A DNA stretch of 64,000 nucleotides from Macrostomum lignano (Eukaryota), in the NCBI GenBank assembly GCA_002269645.1, contig NIVC01000989.1, positions 1 to 64,000 on the forward strand. Direction: 5' to 3'. This document shows, piece by piece, positions 35,118 through 48,631 of this stretch. The notes below the pieces were generated by a model. The model saw only the letters and a program-made list of their open reading frames with translations. It had not been told where the DNA came from and did not search any database. Position 1 is the stretch's first letter. Each line of letters opens with the position of its first letter. The position numbers and the translations under genes were made by a program.

Positions 35118-35181
35118 GCTGCTGCTGCTGCTGCTGAGGTTGGCGCGGCCGACGATTCTGAGCCGGCTTCTTCAGGGATGC
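35118..35181 (-). CDS. CEP70: CEP70 coding exon 3, 5' part (upstream of the retroelement)
   Basis: AG acceptor at 35182-35183 in phase 1, matching the previous exon. Encodes GIPEEAGSESSAAPTSAAAAAA. Confidence 0.72.
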
Positions 35182-35182
35182 C

Positions 35183-35183
<1 letters not shown>

Positions 35184-35229
<46 letters not shown>

Positions 35230-35254
35230 CTTGATTGATTGATTGATTGGTTGC

Positions 35255-35328
<74 letters not shown>

Positions 35329-35353
35329 TGTTGCTTGATTGGGTGGTTGATTA

Positions 35354-35385
<32 letters not shown>

Positions 35386-35506
35386 CTTGATTGGGTGGTT
35401 GATTAATTGATTGATTGATTGATGGCTTGATTGGTTGATTAATTGATTGATTGATTGATGGCTTGATTGGTTGATTGATTGATTGGTTGATTGATTGATT
35501 GGTGGC

Positions 35507-35541
<35 letters not shown>

Positions 35542-36146
35542 ACTGATTGATTGATTGATTGATTGATCGATTGATTAATTTATTAATTGATTGACGGCTT
35601 GATTGGTTGATTGATTGATTGATTGATTGATTAGTTGCTTGATTGGGTGGTTGATTAATTTATTAATTGATTGATGGCTTGATTGGTTGATTGATTGATG
35701 GCTTGATTGATTGATTGATTGATTGATTGATGGATTGATTGACTGATTGATTGACTGATTGATTGATTAATTGATTGATTGGTTGCTTGATTGGGTGGTT
35801 GATTAATTTATTAATTGATTGATGGTTTGATTGGTTGATTGATTGATTGGTTGATTGATTGATTGATTGATTGATTGATGGATTGATTGACTGATTGATT
35901 GACTGATTGATTGATTAATTGATTGATTGGTTGCTTGATTGGGTGGTTGATTAATTTATTAATTGATTGATGGTTTGATTGGTTGATTGATTGATTGGTT
36001 GATTGATTGATTGATTGATTGATTGATGGATTGATTGACTGATTGATTGACTGATTGATTGATTAATTGATTGATTGGTTGTTTGATTGGGTGGTTGATT
36101 AATTTATTAATTGATTGATGGCTTGATTGGTTGATTGATTTATTGG

Positions 36147-36180
<34 letters not shown>

Positions 36181-36234
36181 AGTTGCTTGATTGGGTGGTT
36201 GATTAATTTATTAATTGATTGATGGCTTGATTGG

Positions 36235-36271
<37 letters not shown>

Positions 36272-36330
36272 GGATTGATTGATGGATTGATTGACTGATT
36301 GATTGACTGATTGATTGATTAATTGATTGA
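35184..36330. repeat. Degenerate (GATT)n array filling CEP70 intron 2
   Basis: Tetranucleotide array with higher-order variant blocks, directly abutting the acceptor. Confidence 0.95.
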
Positions 36331-36387
36331 CTATCACATTAACGCATTCTAATCAGACCAGCTGTCATATCACTAAAAGCAGCTCAC

Positions 36388-36766
36388 CGCAGGCCTGCAG
36401 TTCCAGCCGCATCCGATGCAGCTGAGTCTCGTAGCTGTCAATAATATCCAGCATCCGGTTGTCCATCGGGGAGTTTTTTGTCGGCTTGCGCTGCTTTAAA
36501 CTGCGAAAAATTTCCAACTGCCGTTTGTGCCGTTCGGCTTCAGTCCGCTCGGAGTCATGCAGCTTCCGGCGTAGGCGGCTGATCTCCGCCGCCTGCGACT
36601 CCACCCGCGACTCCAGAGCTTTGGCACGGCTATTGGCCACCGACTTGGAGTTGAGCAGTTCTGCTTCGCGATTCGATGATGAAGCATTCGAAACTGAGGC
36701 GGGTAGCAACAGCGAGTCCGGCACTGAGTCAAGGAAGTTCGAGGAGCGAGCCGAGTCCAACGAGGA
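36388..36766 (-). CDS. CEP70: CEP70 coding exon 2
   Basis: MDNRMLDIIDSYETQL matches CEP70 LDRQLLCLIDYYESKI. TTCTTCAG acceptor in phase 0; GTGAGC donor in phase 1. Confidence 0.85.
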
Positions 36767-36837
36767 CTGAAGATTAGGGGAAAAATATTTTTGAATGATT
36801 TTTTATACCCTTACAATCTCAATTACCGTCTAGCCCA

Positions 36838-38262
36838 GAAATCCACCCCTATTTCCACTTAGGAAGCTTCCATCAATCCATGGAAATCCGCCCCTATTTC
36901 CACCCAGGAAGCTTCCATCAATCCATGGAAATCCGCCCCTAGTTCCACTCAGGAAGCTTCCATCAATCCATGGAAATCCGCCCCTATTTCCACCCAGGAA
37001 GCTTCCATCAATCCATGGAAATCCGCCCCTAGTTCCACTCAGGAAGCTTCCATCAATCCATGGAAATCCGCCCCTATTTCCACTCAGGAAGCTTCCATCA
37101 ATCCATGGAAATCCGCCCCTATTTCCACCCAGGAAGCTTCCATCAATCCATGGAAATCCGTCCCTATTTCCACCCAGGAAGCTTCCATCAATCCATGGAA
37201 ATTCGCCCCTATTTCCACCCAGGAAGCTTCCATCAACCCATGGAAATCCGCCCCTATTTCCACTCAGGAAGCTTCCATCAACCCTTGGAAATCCGCCCCT
37301 ATTTCCACCCAGTAAGCTTCCATCAATCTATGGAAATCCGCCCCTATTTCCACCCAGGAAGCTTCCATCAATCAATGGAAATCCGCCCCTAGTTCCACTC
37401 AGGAAGCTTCCATCAATCTATGGAAATCCGCCCCTATTTCCACCCAGGAAGCTTCCATCAATCAATGGAAATCCGCCCCTAGTTCCACTCAGGAAGCTTC
37501 CATCAATCCATGGAAATCCGCCCCTATTTCCACTTAGGAAGCTTCCATCAATCTATGGAAATCCGCCCCTATTTCCACCCAGGAAGCTTCCATCAATCCA
37601 TGGAAATCCGCCCCTATTTCCACTTAGGAAGCTTCCATCAACCCATGGAAATCGGCCCCTATTTCCACTCAGGAAGCTTCCATCAACCCTTGGAAATTCG
37701 CCCCTATTTCCACCCAGGAAGCTTCCATCAATCCATGGAAATCCGCCCCTAGTTCCACTCAGGAAGCTTCCATCAATCCATGGAAAAATGCCCCTATTTC
37801 CACTCAGGAAGCTTCCATCAATCCATGGAAATCCGCCCCTATTTCCACCCAGGAAGCTTCCATCAATCCATGGAAATCCGCCCCTATTTCCACCCAGGAA
37901 GCTTCCATCAATCCATGGAAATCCGCCCCTAGTTCCACTCAGGAAGCTTCCATCAATCCATGGAAAAATGCCCCTATTTCCACTCAGGAAGCTTCCATCA
38001 ATCCATGGAAATCCGCCCCTATTTCCACCCAGGAAGCTTCCATCAATCCATGGAAATCCGCCCCTATTTCCACCCAGGAAGCTTCCATCAATCCATGGAA
38101 ATCCGCCCCTATTTCCACTTAGGAAGCTTCCATCAACCCATGGAAATCGGCCCCTATTTCCACTCAGGAAGCTTCCATCAACCCTTGGAAATTCGCCACT
38201 AGTTCCACTCAGGAAGCCTCCATCAACCCTTGGAAATCCGCCCCTATTTCCACCCAGGAAGC
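36838..38262. repeat. 45-bp minisatellite filling CEP70 intron 1
   Basis: Tandem atccgcccctatttccacccaggaagcttccatcaatccatggaa. Confidence 0.96.
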
Positions 38263-38346
38263 TAGGAAATCCTAGGAAATATCAAGCACCTCTAACACAG
38301 CTACTTTTTCTTAGAAATCAGCCCCTTGAAACTAATTCTCATTTAC

Positions 38347-38685
38347 CTGTTGCAATGAGGCCAGCTTCTCTCTATACAGCTGCATCTTTTCTTGGCTGTA
38401 TCTCAAGTCAGCCCGAGCATGCCGCTCGGCCTCTTCCAGTCGGTCAATGCTAGCTTGCCTCTGGTCTGATTCGTTGCACAGATCCAGCAGCCAAGTTCGA
38501 GCCAAGCGTGACAGGTTGATCGGCATGCAGACACCTTTGAGAGTCCAAGACAGTCGTTCATTCCTTGGCAGTTCGATGCCCTGACGATTGCTGAGCAGTC
38601 TCAGAGCTCGCTGCCACAGTTGGCACTCATCATCGAGTTGTTCGCCAAGATTGCCGGCTGTTGCTGGTGCTCCATTGGCGCTCAT
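38347..38685 (-). CDS. CEP70: CEP70 coding exon 1
   Basis: ATG at 38685 is preceded by an acceptor at 38692-38693. ECQLWQRALRLL...GIE resembles the CEP70 N-terminus. GTAAAT donor in phase 0. Confidence 0.72.
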
Positions 38686-38867
38686 GATTGCCTGTAAAGA
38701 CCGGTTGGATGCCAATTTAGAGTTCAATTGCTGATTCGCAATACTATTGCAATAAATTTTAGGCTATAAAACTTTAAGGCGTTAGTCAGATTTTTACATT
38801 TGGCCATAGACAGAATCTGTGAACCAATAAAAACTTCCATTTCTGGGTCAACAGACGACCAATTGGT

Positions 38868-40200
38868 CTAATTGACGCCTAATTTAGTAGATTTGGCGCT
38901 TTATTTAGTAGATTTGGCGCTTTATTTAGTAGATTTGGCGCTTAATTTAGTAGAATTGGCGCTTAATTTAGTAAAATTGGCGCTTAATTTAGTAGATTTG
39001 ACGCCTAATTTAGTAGAATTGGCGCTTAATTTAGTAGAATTGGCGCTTAATTTAGTAGAATTGGCGTTTAATTTAGTAGAATTGGCGCTTAATTTAGTAG
39101 AATTGGCGCTTAATTTAGTAGATTTGGCGCTTAATTTAGTAGAATTGGCGCTTAATTTAGTAGAATTGGCGCTTAATTTAGTAGAATTGGCGCTTAATTT
39201 AGTAGAATTGGCGCTTAATTTAGTAGATTTGGCGCTTAATTTAGTAGATTTGGCGCTTAATTTAGTAGATTTGGCGCTTAATTTAGTAGAATTGGCGCTT
39301 AATTTAGTAGATTTGGCGCTTAATTTAGTAGAATTGGCGCTTAATTTAGTAGATTTGGCGCTTAATTTAGTAGAATTGGCGCTTAATTTAGTAGATTTGG
39401 CGCTTAATTTAGTAGAATTGGCGCTTTATTTAGTAGAATTGGCGCTTAATTTAGTAGATTTGACGCTTAATTTAGTAGAATTGGCGCTTAATTTAGTAAA
39501 ATTGGCGCTTAATTTAGTAGAATAGGCACTTAATTTAGTAGAATTGGCGCTTTATTTAGTAGAATTGGCGCTTAATTTAGTAGAATTGGCGCTTAATTTA
39601 GTAGAATAGGCACTTAATTTAGTAGAATTGGCGCTTAATTTAGTAGAATTGGCGCTTAATTTAGTAGATTTCGCGCTTAATTTAGTAGAATTGGCGCTTT
39701 ATTTAGTAGATTTGGCGCTTTATTTAGTAGAATTGGCGCTTAATTTAGTAGATTTGGCGCTTAATTTAGTAAAATTGGCGCTTAATTTAGTAAAATTGGC
39801 GCTTAATTTAGTAGAATAGGCACTTAATTTAGTAGAATTGGCGCTTAATTTAGTAGAATTGGCGCTTAATTTAGTAGATTTGGCGCTTAATTTAGTAAAA
39901 TTGGCGCTTAATTTAGTAAAATTGGCGCTTAATTTAGTAGAATAGGCACTTAATTTAGTAGAATTGGCGTTTAATTTAGTAGATTTGGCGCTTAATTTAG
40001 TAGAATTGGCGCTTAATTTAGTAGATTTGGCGCTTTATTTAGTAGAATTGGCGCTTTATTTAGTAGAATTGGCGCTTTATTTAGTAGATTTGGCGCTTTA
40101 TTTAGTAGATTTGGCGCTTTATTTAGTAGATTTGGCGCTTAATTTAGTAGAATTGGCACTTAATTTAGTAGAATTGGCGCTTAATTAATTAGTAGAATTG
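38868..40200. repeat. 21-bp minisatellite (ttggcgcttaatttagtagaa)
   Basis: About 60 tandem units upstream of the first CEP70 coding exon. Confidence 0.96.
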
Positions 40201-40859
40201 ACTAGATGAGGTGCTAATAAGGAAAGACAGGTAGGTAGAGTATCAACTTACAGTTGTATGTGGCGCACCAAGTGTACAGTGAGACTGAGTAGCTTCTTGG
40301 TTGGCAATGGGGATTAACCAGCGTAGTTAAATTTAGAGGATTTTACTTTATTCACGCCTTGCATTCAGACAGCAGGAAGACTTATTAAAATGAGCTCACC
40401 TTGAATTTTTGAGCCTGAGTCACTGAAGAAATGAGTCTACAAGCTCATAAACGAGTCGGGGCAGTGGTGGGACAGGTCACATGGGTCTTACCTTTTCTCT
40501 GTTGGTCGCAGTCCTGTCTTTCTTTCCTTAACCAACCGCATGGGGCCTGGCTGGATGGATAGAAAGGAACGCATAAGGGCTAAGAGGGAGGGTAAGAGAG
40601 GTGTTGGACTGTGTGTACACTCCCGGGAATGTATGTACATTGCGTTTTTGTACACTCAACCCCCCCCCCTCGTTTTTCACCCATCTGCCCTCTCTGTCTC
40701 CATGTATTTTACATGATACTGGTTAGGTGTAGTGTGTTTTGTAGTGTGTAGTGTAAAAACTGTGTAATTAATTGCTTTGCTATGCTAATTAACTTTCTTA
40801 ACCGTTTTCTTTTAAGTCTCATTTTCTCACTTTTTTACTAAGTAAGTTGATGTTTGAGT

Positions 40860-41230
40860 GCATGAGTTCATGGGTCAGTTTATGGGTGAGTTAATGAGTG
40901 AGCTTATGAGTGAGTTAATGAGGAATTTTTTGAGTGAGTTCATGAATAAGCTTATGAGTGAGTTCATGAATAAGCTTATGAGTGATTGAGTGAGTGATTG
41001 AGTGAGTGATTGAGTGAGTGATTGAGTGAGTAAGTTTATGAGTGAGTTTCTGAGTAAGTTTACGAATTAGTTAATGGATAAGTTTATGACTGAGTTTCTG
41101 AGTAAGTTTATGAATGAGTTAATGAATCAGTTTATGAGTGAGTTTCTGAGTAAGTTTATGGATTAGTTAATGAATAATTTTATGAGTGCGTTCATGAGGA
41201 ATTTTATGAGTGGGAGTTAAGTGAGTTGGA
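40860..41230. repeat. Degenerate TGAGT-rich low-complexity repeat
   Basis: Repeated gagtgag/tttatga words. Confidence 0.7.
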
Positions 41231-41707
41231 GCTTGAGTGTGTGAGTTTATCGGTGTGTTAACGGGTGAGCGAGTCCCGTGGGTGAGTCAATTAGCAAACT
41301 TGTATAGAATGAGGGTTCATACATCTGTTGAAGTAAAATTACCTACAAACTACTGCGGACAAGTAGTATACTAAGTAAATAGCAATAAATCTACACTCCA
41401 GTTTATTATGGGACGCCAATTTAGACTAATCTCTCCTCACTGTCCAATTGGGTAGCTTGCGTTTGGCTGTCAATAAAAAATCATCCACAGATCGGGCTGC
41501 AATTGGGTGCCCAGTGTAAGCAGCCAATGCTGCGCATTCTTCATCAAGGCAAGATCAACTGTGTTGTCTGAAATCATTTAAGAAGCAACTAATACAGAAG
41601 GAAATACGAAACACGCATCTGTACCATATTGTCATGCTTTGAAGTTTGCTTAAGTTTTTACCCAAGGAACATTTTGATGCAGTGATTAATCGCACTTTCA
41701 CAATACA

Positions 41708-44566
41708 ATGACAAGGCAGTTTCTACTAACAGTCTTTGTTCTTGCAGTCGCTGTTTGTGCATCGTACTGCTTGCAATCTACTTTCGATGCGACAATTGAC
41801 GAAGACATACCGCAGGATTCTGAGCTGCCCGACTCGAGAATACTACTGCACAACAATGGCATCGATTCGAACTCTTATCAACTGCTGCCGCACCCCTACG
41901 TGACATTCGACAAGGAATCCGGTTTACTAAAAGCCAAGAAGACACTCGATCGAGATGTTATGTGTCAAAATGATAAACTTTGCTGCGAAAATGACAGATT
42001 AATCTGTCAGTTGGACCTGACATTTATTAGCCACCGGACAACCCCGCTGCAGAGAAAAGTTCTCCGCGTCGGGCTAAGAGATCGAAACGATCATACTCCG
42101 CGCTTCGAGACGGCTTCAAAGGCGTTCTTCATTCCGGAGGACACTCAGCCTGGACACTTGGAACGGTTGCCAGTGGCAACGGACTTGGACTCGGACGAGA
42201 ATGCGGTGCAGCGGTACATTCTCATGCCAGACAGCTCGCCGTTCGGTCTAAAACACGAGAGCTCGCGCAGTCGCGGCAGTCGAGCAAACGGTCAGCTCTG
42301 GTTGGAGCTGAAGACGCCGCTTGACCGAGAGACCACAGCCTCGTACGAATTCGTTTTGACAGCGATCGATTCCGGAGAGCAGAAAGGCAGCACGCGGATC
42401 ATTGTCAACGTGACAGATCGCAACGATATTTATCCGCATTTCGAGCGCAGCAGCTCCAGAGGCCAGACAATACGATTGCTTGAGAGTAGGAAACCCAACG
42501 CTATCGTTGCTCGAGTTGTTGCTAAGGACGAAGACGAAGGTGTCAATGCTGAGATTCTGTACGAGTTGGACCCGCATCAGGCCGATCTGAGCGCCATCCA
42601 GCGACACTTCCGGGTCGATTCTACTCGTAGCACCGGAAATGTTGTGCTAATACGCCAGCTGGACTATGAAGAGGCAACAGAGTACAAGCTGGCTATTATT
42701 GCTCGAAATAGAGTGCCATACAGTACTCGCAACCGACTCTCAACTGCTACCGTGACTATCATTGTGCTTGACGAGAATGACGAAACTCCTGTAGTCAGCG
42801 TGCACTACTTGACAGACGAAGGTCAGCACATGGTCAGCATAGTGGAGAACCAAGTGGAATCAATGACGGTAGCAATAATAACTCCAGCTGACCGAGACAA
42901 GGGACTCAACGGCCAGGTTACGTGTGAAATTCTTGACACCAAAGATCGGGAACACTTCACTTTGAAGAAAATTTTGCCAGGAGTCGAGTACTACTTGCGC
43001 ACTAAAACTGGACATGGACTGGATCGCGAAGAGTTTCTGAGAAACCCATCTATCAACCCATCGGTAACCGAGGTCCAAATCAAAGTGCGGATAATGTGCA
43101 GCGATCACGGTACGCCGCAGAGAAGTGCAAACACGAGTGTCAACATCCGCATTCTGGACCTCAACGATAACAGTCCAGTGCTCAAGGTGCACGCTGTGCT
43201 CGGGAAAAGCTCGCTAAGCGACGCTAAAACAGTCGAAATCGCTGAGAACCTGTCGCCAAATACAGTTTTCGCGACAGTAAGCGCGCTGGATCCGGACTAT
43301 CGGGAAAACGGCACAGTGGTGTTCTCAATGGACCAACAGAATTTGTATCCGTTTGAGGCTTTCGGTATCTATAATAATGGCCATATTTTCATCCGGCGGG
43401 CGCTGGATCGAGAAACGCTCAACCTACCTGGCGACCTTTTTCAAATAGTTGTAGTTGCTCGAGACAAAGGCACGCCGGCCAGGTCCAACTCGATTAACCT
43501 GGAGATTCGTCTCAAAGACGTGAACGACAACAAGCCCCAGATGGAGCAGCGCATGACTTTCACGGTGTTTGAGAACAACTCGCCTGGATATCCTATCGGC
43601 GAGATTAACGTCACCGATCCCGACAAGGTTGGCCAACTTTCCTTGACGTTGCAGCCTCTGAGATTGCTGGATCGACTGCCGTTTCAAGTACTTGAAGAGC
43701 ACGGCAGGTTCTATCTGCAGGCTACTGACAGCTTGGACAGCGAGAGGGTGAGTGAGTTCCAGTTCCTGCTGGTGGCCAGGGATGCCGGTCACGGTTCGGC
43801 TGGACACACGGTCACCAGCACGGTGACCGTAGTTGTTCAGGACGTCAATGACCACTCGCCGCAGATTGTGTACCCCTGCAATGGTAAAGCGCGTCGGTAT
43901 AACCACACAGTCTCTTGGAAAGAGGGCATCGGACACACGGTGGTGAAAGTTAATGCCAAGGACGATGATCATGACAAAATGACTAACGGGCGCCTTCAAT
44001 TCAGCATGCTACGAAATAGCCTGTTCAAGATTGACGAAGACACTGGCGAGGTGCAAGTGGCCGTGAAAATGGACTACAGAAGCATCGGGCCAAAGCTTGT
44101 CACCGTGGTGGCCAAGGATCATGGCAAGCCGAAGAGTCTGAGCTCCACCTGCGAATTCTTCATCCTCGTTGACGACTCGGTGCCGTACAGTCGAGTGGTA
44201 GACAGCGGAGGTGGGAGCAGAACGCGCAATCCGTTAAACGGTGTCAGACGCGACGGTGACGTCATCAATCGCGGCTCCCTGCTGACTGACTCGAGCGTTC
44301 TAGCCGCGATAGCGGTCTTTGTCTGCCTCCTTCTGCTGGCCACTCTGCTGTTGTTTCTGTACGCCAGGCACTGGCACAGGACGCCGGAGTTTCTGCCGGA
44401 CCTGCTCGAGCCGTGTCTGGGGCCGGTGCAGCCTGCGGCGACAATCAAGCACAGCGCCGAGGCTGGCGAGGAGATTCAACAGGCGTCCTCGACACTACAG
44501 CCAGGCTCGCGGAGGCTGCTGTCTACTGGAGGGACTTTCGGCAAGGCGGGAGGCGATCTGACTGAG
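41708..44566 (+). CDS. Protocadherin (delta-like, 7 cadherin repeats), large exon 1: signal peptide, ectodomain, TM
   Basis: Signal peptide, Cys-containing EC1 (LDRDVMC..CC..C), six DxND-type linkers plus a seventh EC, and TM VLAAIAVFVCLLLLATLLLFLY. GTAAGG donor at 44567, phase 0. Confidence 0.93.
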
Positions 44567-44919
44567 GTAAGGCGTTGCCGTGTTGCCGTGAAAGCGCGTT
44601 GATAAGTTGCTGGATGGTCTTTTAGGGTGAGCTAAAGGAAAGATCGTAGGCAGAATGGATGAATAGAAACTTATGTAAACCAGATGTTTCTGCCTAGCAG
44701 GTGTTTTAGACTTCGAACAGAAAGAGACACTCTGGAGACCCAAAATGAAAAGTTCCAATCCGATACGAACAACTGAGAAAGAGACTGCCACAGATGGCTA
44801 AATAGAACCTTAGTTTGTTTAATCAATGTCCTATTTTCGCGCAAATTTAAACTACAAGTAGCTGACGAGCTTGAGTGGCACCTGTCTAGCATTATCCGAG
44901 AGACTTTCTCATCTAACAG

Positions 44920-45193
44920 ACGTTACTGTCTAACAGATGTCAATTCCTGTCTAACAGATGTCGATTCCTGTCTAACAGATGGCGACTTCTGTCTAACAGA
45001 TGTCAAATCCTGTCTAACAGATGTCGATTTCTGTCTAAGAGATGTCAACTTCTGTCTAACAGATGTCAATACCTGTCTAACAGATGTCAATTCCTGTCTA
45101 ACAGATGTCTATTCCTGTCTAACAGATGTCAATCCCTGTCTAACAGATGTCAATTCCTGTCTAACAGATGTCAATTCCTGTCTAACAGATGTC
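44920..45193. repeat. 21-bp minisatellite (ctgtctaacagatgtcaattc)
   Basis: About 13 tandem units. Confidence 0.93.
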
Positions 45194-45879
45194 CATGTGT
45201 ATATTTTACGTGTATAATAGGCCGTTGTGCATATGATGTCATAGGGCCCATGCGCAGAGAGTGCAGGCTATCAAGTGTTTTGAGCCTAATTCTATACAAA
45301 TACTTATAAGCATACCTACCTATCAATGAGCCTTAAAAGCTTTTCATTGTTTCCTAACAAAGTCGGGGACCGACCCACGTGCTTCTCTCTTGATCAGTTT
45401 TTATCCCGAAGTTCTGCGACTTGGGGTGAAGAGGGGTAAAACACTCCAATCTTAATATTAATAGCCATTTCATATATGAAATAATCAACTTCAGTGTTTT
45501 AATCAACCGCATAAAGGCGGTGAATCTTCGGCATATGAAGCCCACTGTTAGTTATAATCGGGGAAAAACGAAAGAATTTCGCTAAAAGGAGAAGAGACCA
45601 GCTGTTGCTTTTTGCACAGTGTGTGTGTGTTGAAGATTCCAAATAAATTCAAATATGGGGGTGCAGGGGTTGGCGGGAACTGAAGATTGCTAACAACTTA
45701 TAGAGAGGAACAGGGAGAGAGAGAGAGGGGGAAAAGTGGAAAGAAAGTGACGGAGCGGATCTGTGAGAGTTGGTGAATCACAGGAAAGTTTTCTGGGCGG
45801 AACTGGCGGGATTTTCCCGTCATGGACGACTTAATGTAGATATCTGGCTGAGAAAATAAAAAAGGAAATCTAGCTGAAT

Positions 45880-46620
45880 TTAGGGAGAGAGAGGGAGAGA
45901 GGGAGAAAGGGAGAGAGGGAGAGAGGGAGAGAGGGAGAGGGAGAGAGGGATAGAGGGAGAGAGGGAGAGAGGGAGAGAGGGAGAGGGAGAGAGGGATAGA
46001 GGGAGAGAGGGAGAGAGGAAAAGAGGGAGATGGAGAGAGGGAGAGGGAGATAGAGAGGGAGAGAGGGAGAGAGGGAGAGAGGGAGAGGGAGAGAGGGAGA
46101 GGGAGATAGAGGGGGAGATAGAGAGGGAGAGGGAGAGGGAGAGAGGGAGAGGGAGATAGAGTGGGAGATAGAGAGGGAGAGAGGGAGAGGGAGAGGGAGA
46201 GGGAGAGAGGGAGAGGGAGATAGAGTGGGAGATAGAGAGGGAGATAGGGAGGGAGAGAGAGAGGGGGAGAGGGAGAGGGAGAGAGGGAGAGGGAGAGAGG
46301 GAGAGAGGGAGACAGAGAGACAGGGAGACAGGGAGAGAGGGAGAGAGAGAGAGAGAGGAAGAGAGGGAGATGGAGAGAGGGAGACAGAGAGACAGGGAGA
46401 CAGGGAGAGAGGGAGAGAGGGAGAGAGGGAGAGAGGGAGAGAGGGAGAGGGATAGAGGGATAGAGGGAGAGAGGGAGAGAGGGAGAGAGGGAGAGAGGGA
46501 GAGAGGAGAGGGAGAGAGGGATAGAGGGAGAGAGGGATAGAGGGAGAGAGGGATAGAGGGAGAGAGGGAGAGGGAGAGAGGGAGAGGGAGAGAGGGAGAG
46601 GGAGAGAGGGAGAGAAAGAG
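45880..46620. repeat. GA-rich polypurine repeat ((GGGAGA)n-like)
   Basis: About 740 bp of almost pure purine on the + strand. Confidence 0.95.
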
Positions 46621-47599
46621 AGAAGAAAAGGGGGCGGCGACCCCCTTTGTCCCCTCTTGTGTTCCTTACTTGCCTGGCAGCCTCTCAACAATTGACGTGG
46701 GAATCTAGTCTTAGGGACGGTTAAAGAGGTTACCTGCCCTCCCCCTGGGGTCAAATTTAGGGGCCACTGATCTCCCCTGACTGCTCAGTTTAGAATTTAA
46801 CTCTACATAGATAACCTATAAAATTAACAAAATCTATGGGCAGAGATAATGTTGATTATTCGTAGATGTTTCACTAATATCTTTCTTGAATTTCGATTAT
46901 GGAAACCTTTTGATGTAGAACAGAATCCGGTCCGTGAAGCCTCTCTATCCGGCTATCGAGTCCTTTGAAATTTTCGAGTCTTCCCGCTCAAGATTTGCAT
47001 CTATTCTCAGCTCCTTTCTCTTCTCTCTGCCCTTTTCTCTCCCCTCCCCTCTCTACCCTCCTTTCTCCTCTCTTCTCTCTCCCCTCTTCTCTCTCCTCTC
47101 TCCTCTCCCCCTCTTCTAAATCTCCTCACTCTTCCATTCCTTCTCCTTTTCTCTCATCTGGCCGGCAGCAATGATCTAAGAGCAAATTCTTTATCTGACC
47201 CTTGGAGTAAATTTTCTGTCAACCTCTGATGTAGCAACTACGATGATATAGGAGTCCTCAGCTCCAGAATCTCCCTTTAAGACTCCATGGTCACTTCACC
47301 TTCGCAGCAAGGTCCAGCTGATCCGAAATTCTCCAAAGCTTCTTTGCGAGAAAGAGCACTTTTATGACACCTTAAATCAAAACTGGGCTGCTGCATTGGT
47401 CCCGCTTTTAAAAGAGGAGTTTTTACAATGCAGAAAATGATATTTTGGATTCCGACTTTCCATCTGTTTTGTTCTAGGATGACTCTCGGTGCGAGAGTCT
47501 GTGGGAGACGGCTGATGGCTCGTATAAATACTTATGCTTCAGCGCTTTCTGGGCAATGATGTGAAGTTGTAAAAGTTACACCGCGTTACTGGGCGGAGA

Positions 47600-48150
<551 letters not shown>

Positions 48151-48631
48151 GACCTACATGTCCATGTGGTGCACTAAACGCCACTCACTATAAGCTCCAG
48201 TCATTATTATCGATAAAAATCGGATGAAACGAGCTGAACTCACCGCAGTAAGTTTATGACTGCAGGATTCGTGTTAATTATTCACGCACCTACGCTCAAA
48301 TTGATTGGGGTGGGGCAGGTGCAAGGAGCTGGGAGATGTGGGGTGGAAAAAAAGCCAACAAAGAGGGCTGGCACGAACCGTTTCTTTAGTTAAATATGCA
48401 TGTATAATAATATAGAGATGCTGGTAGTTTCTCTGTTACTTTTTTAGCCTCGTTTTTGTTGTTTTTGCAAGCCGAAACCTTATTGTAGCGGGTCTCTGAC
48501 ATAATATGAGTCTCTGAGCTGTTGCTAACTAAACAAATTAATGCAGCCGTTAATTCTGTATTGAGCATGCTTTGATGAGGGTAGCTTCTCAAGTGAATTT
48601 ATCGACACTTATTACAATTTGATTACAGTAG

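Noticed and set aside
46655-46675. U1 snRNA-like 5' words (cttacttgcctggcag)
   Set aside because: Similarity stops after about 15 nt, with no U1 stem-loops or Sm site.
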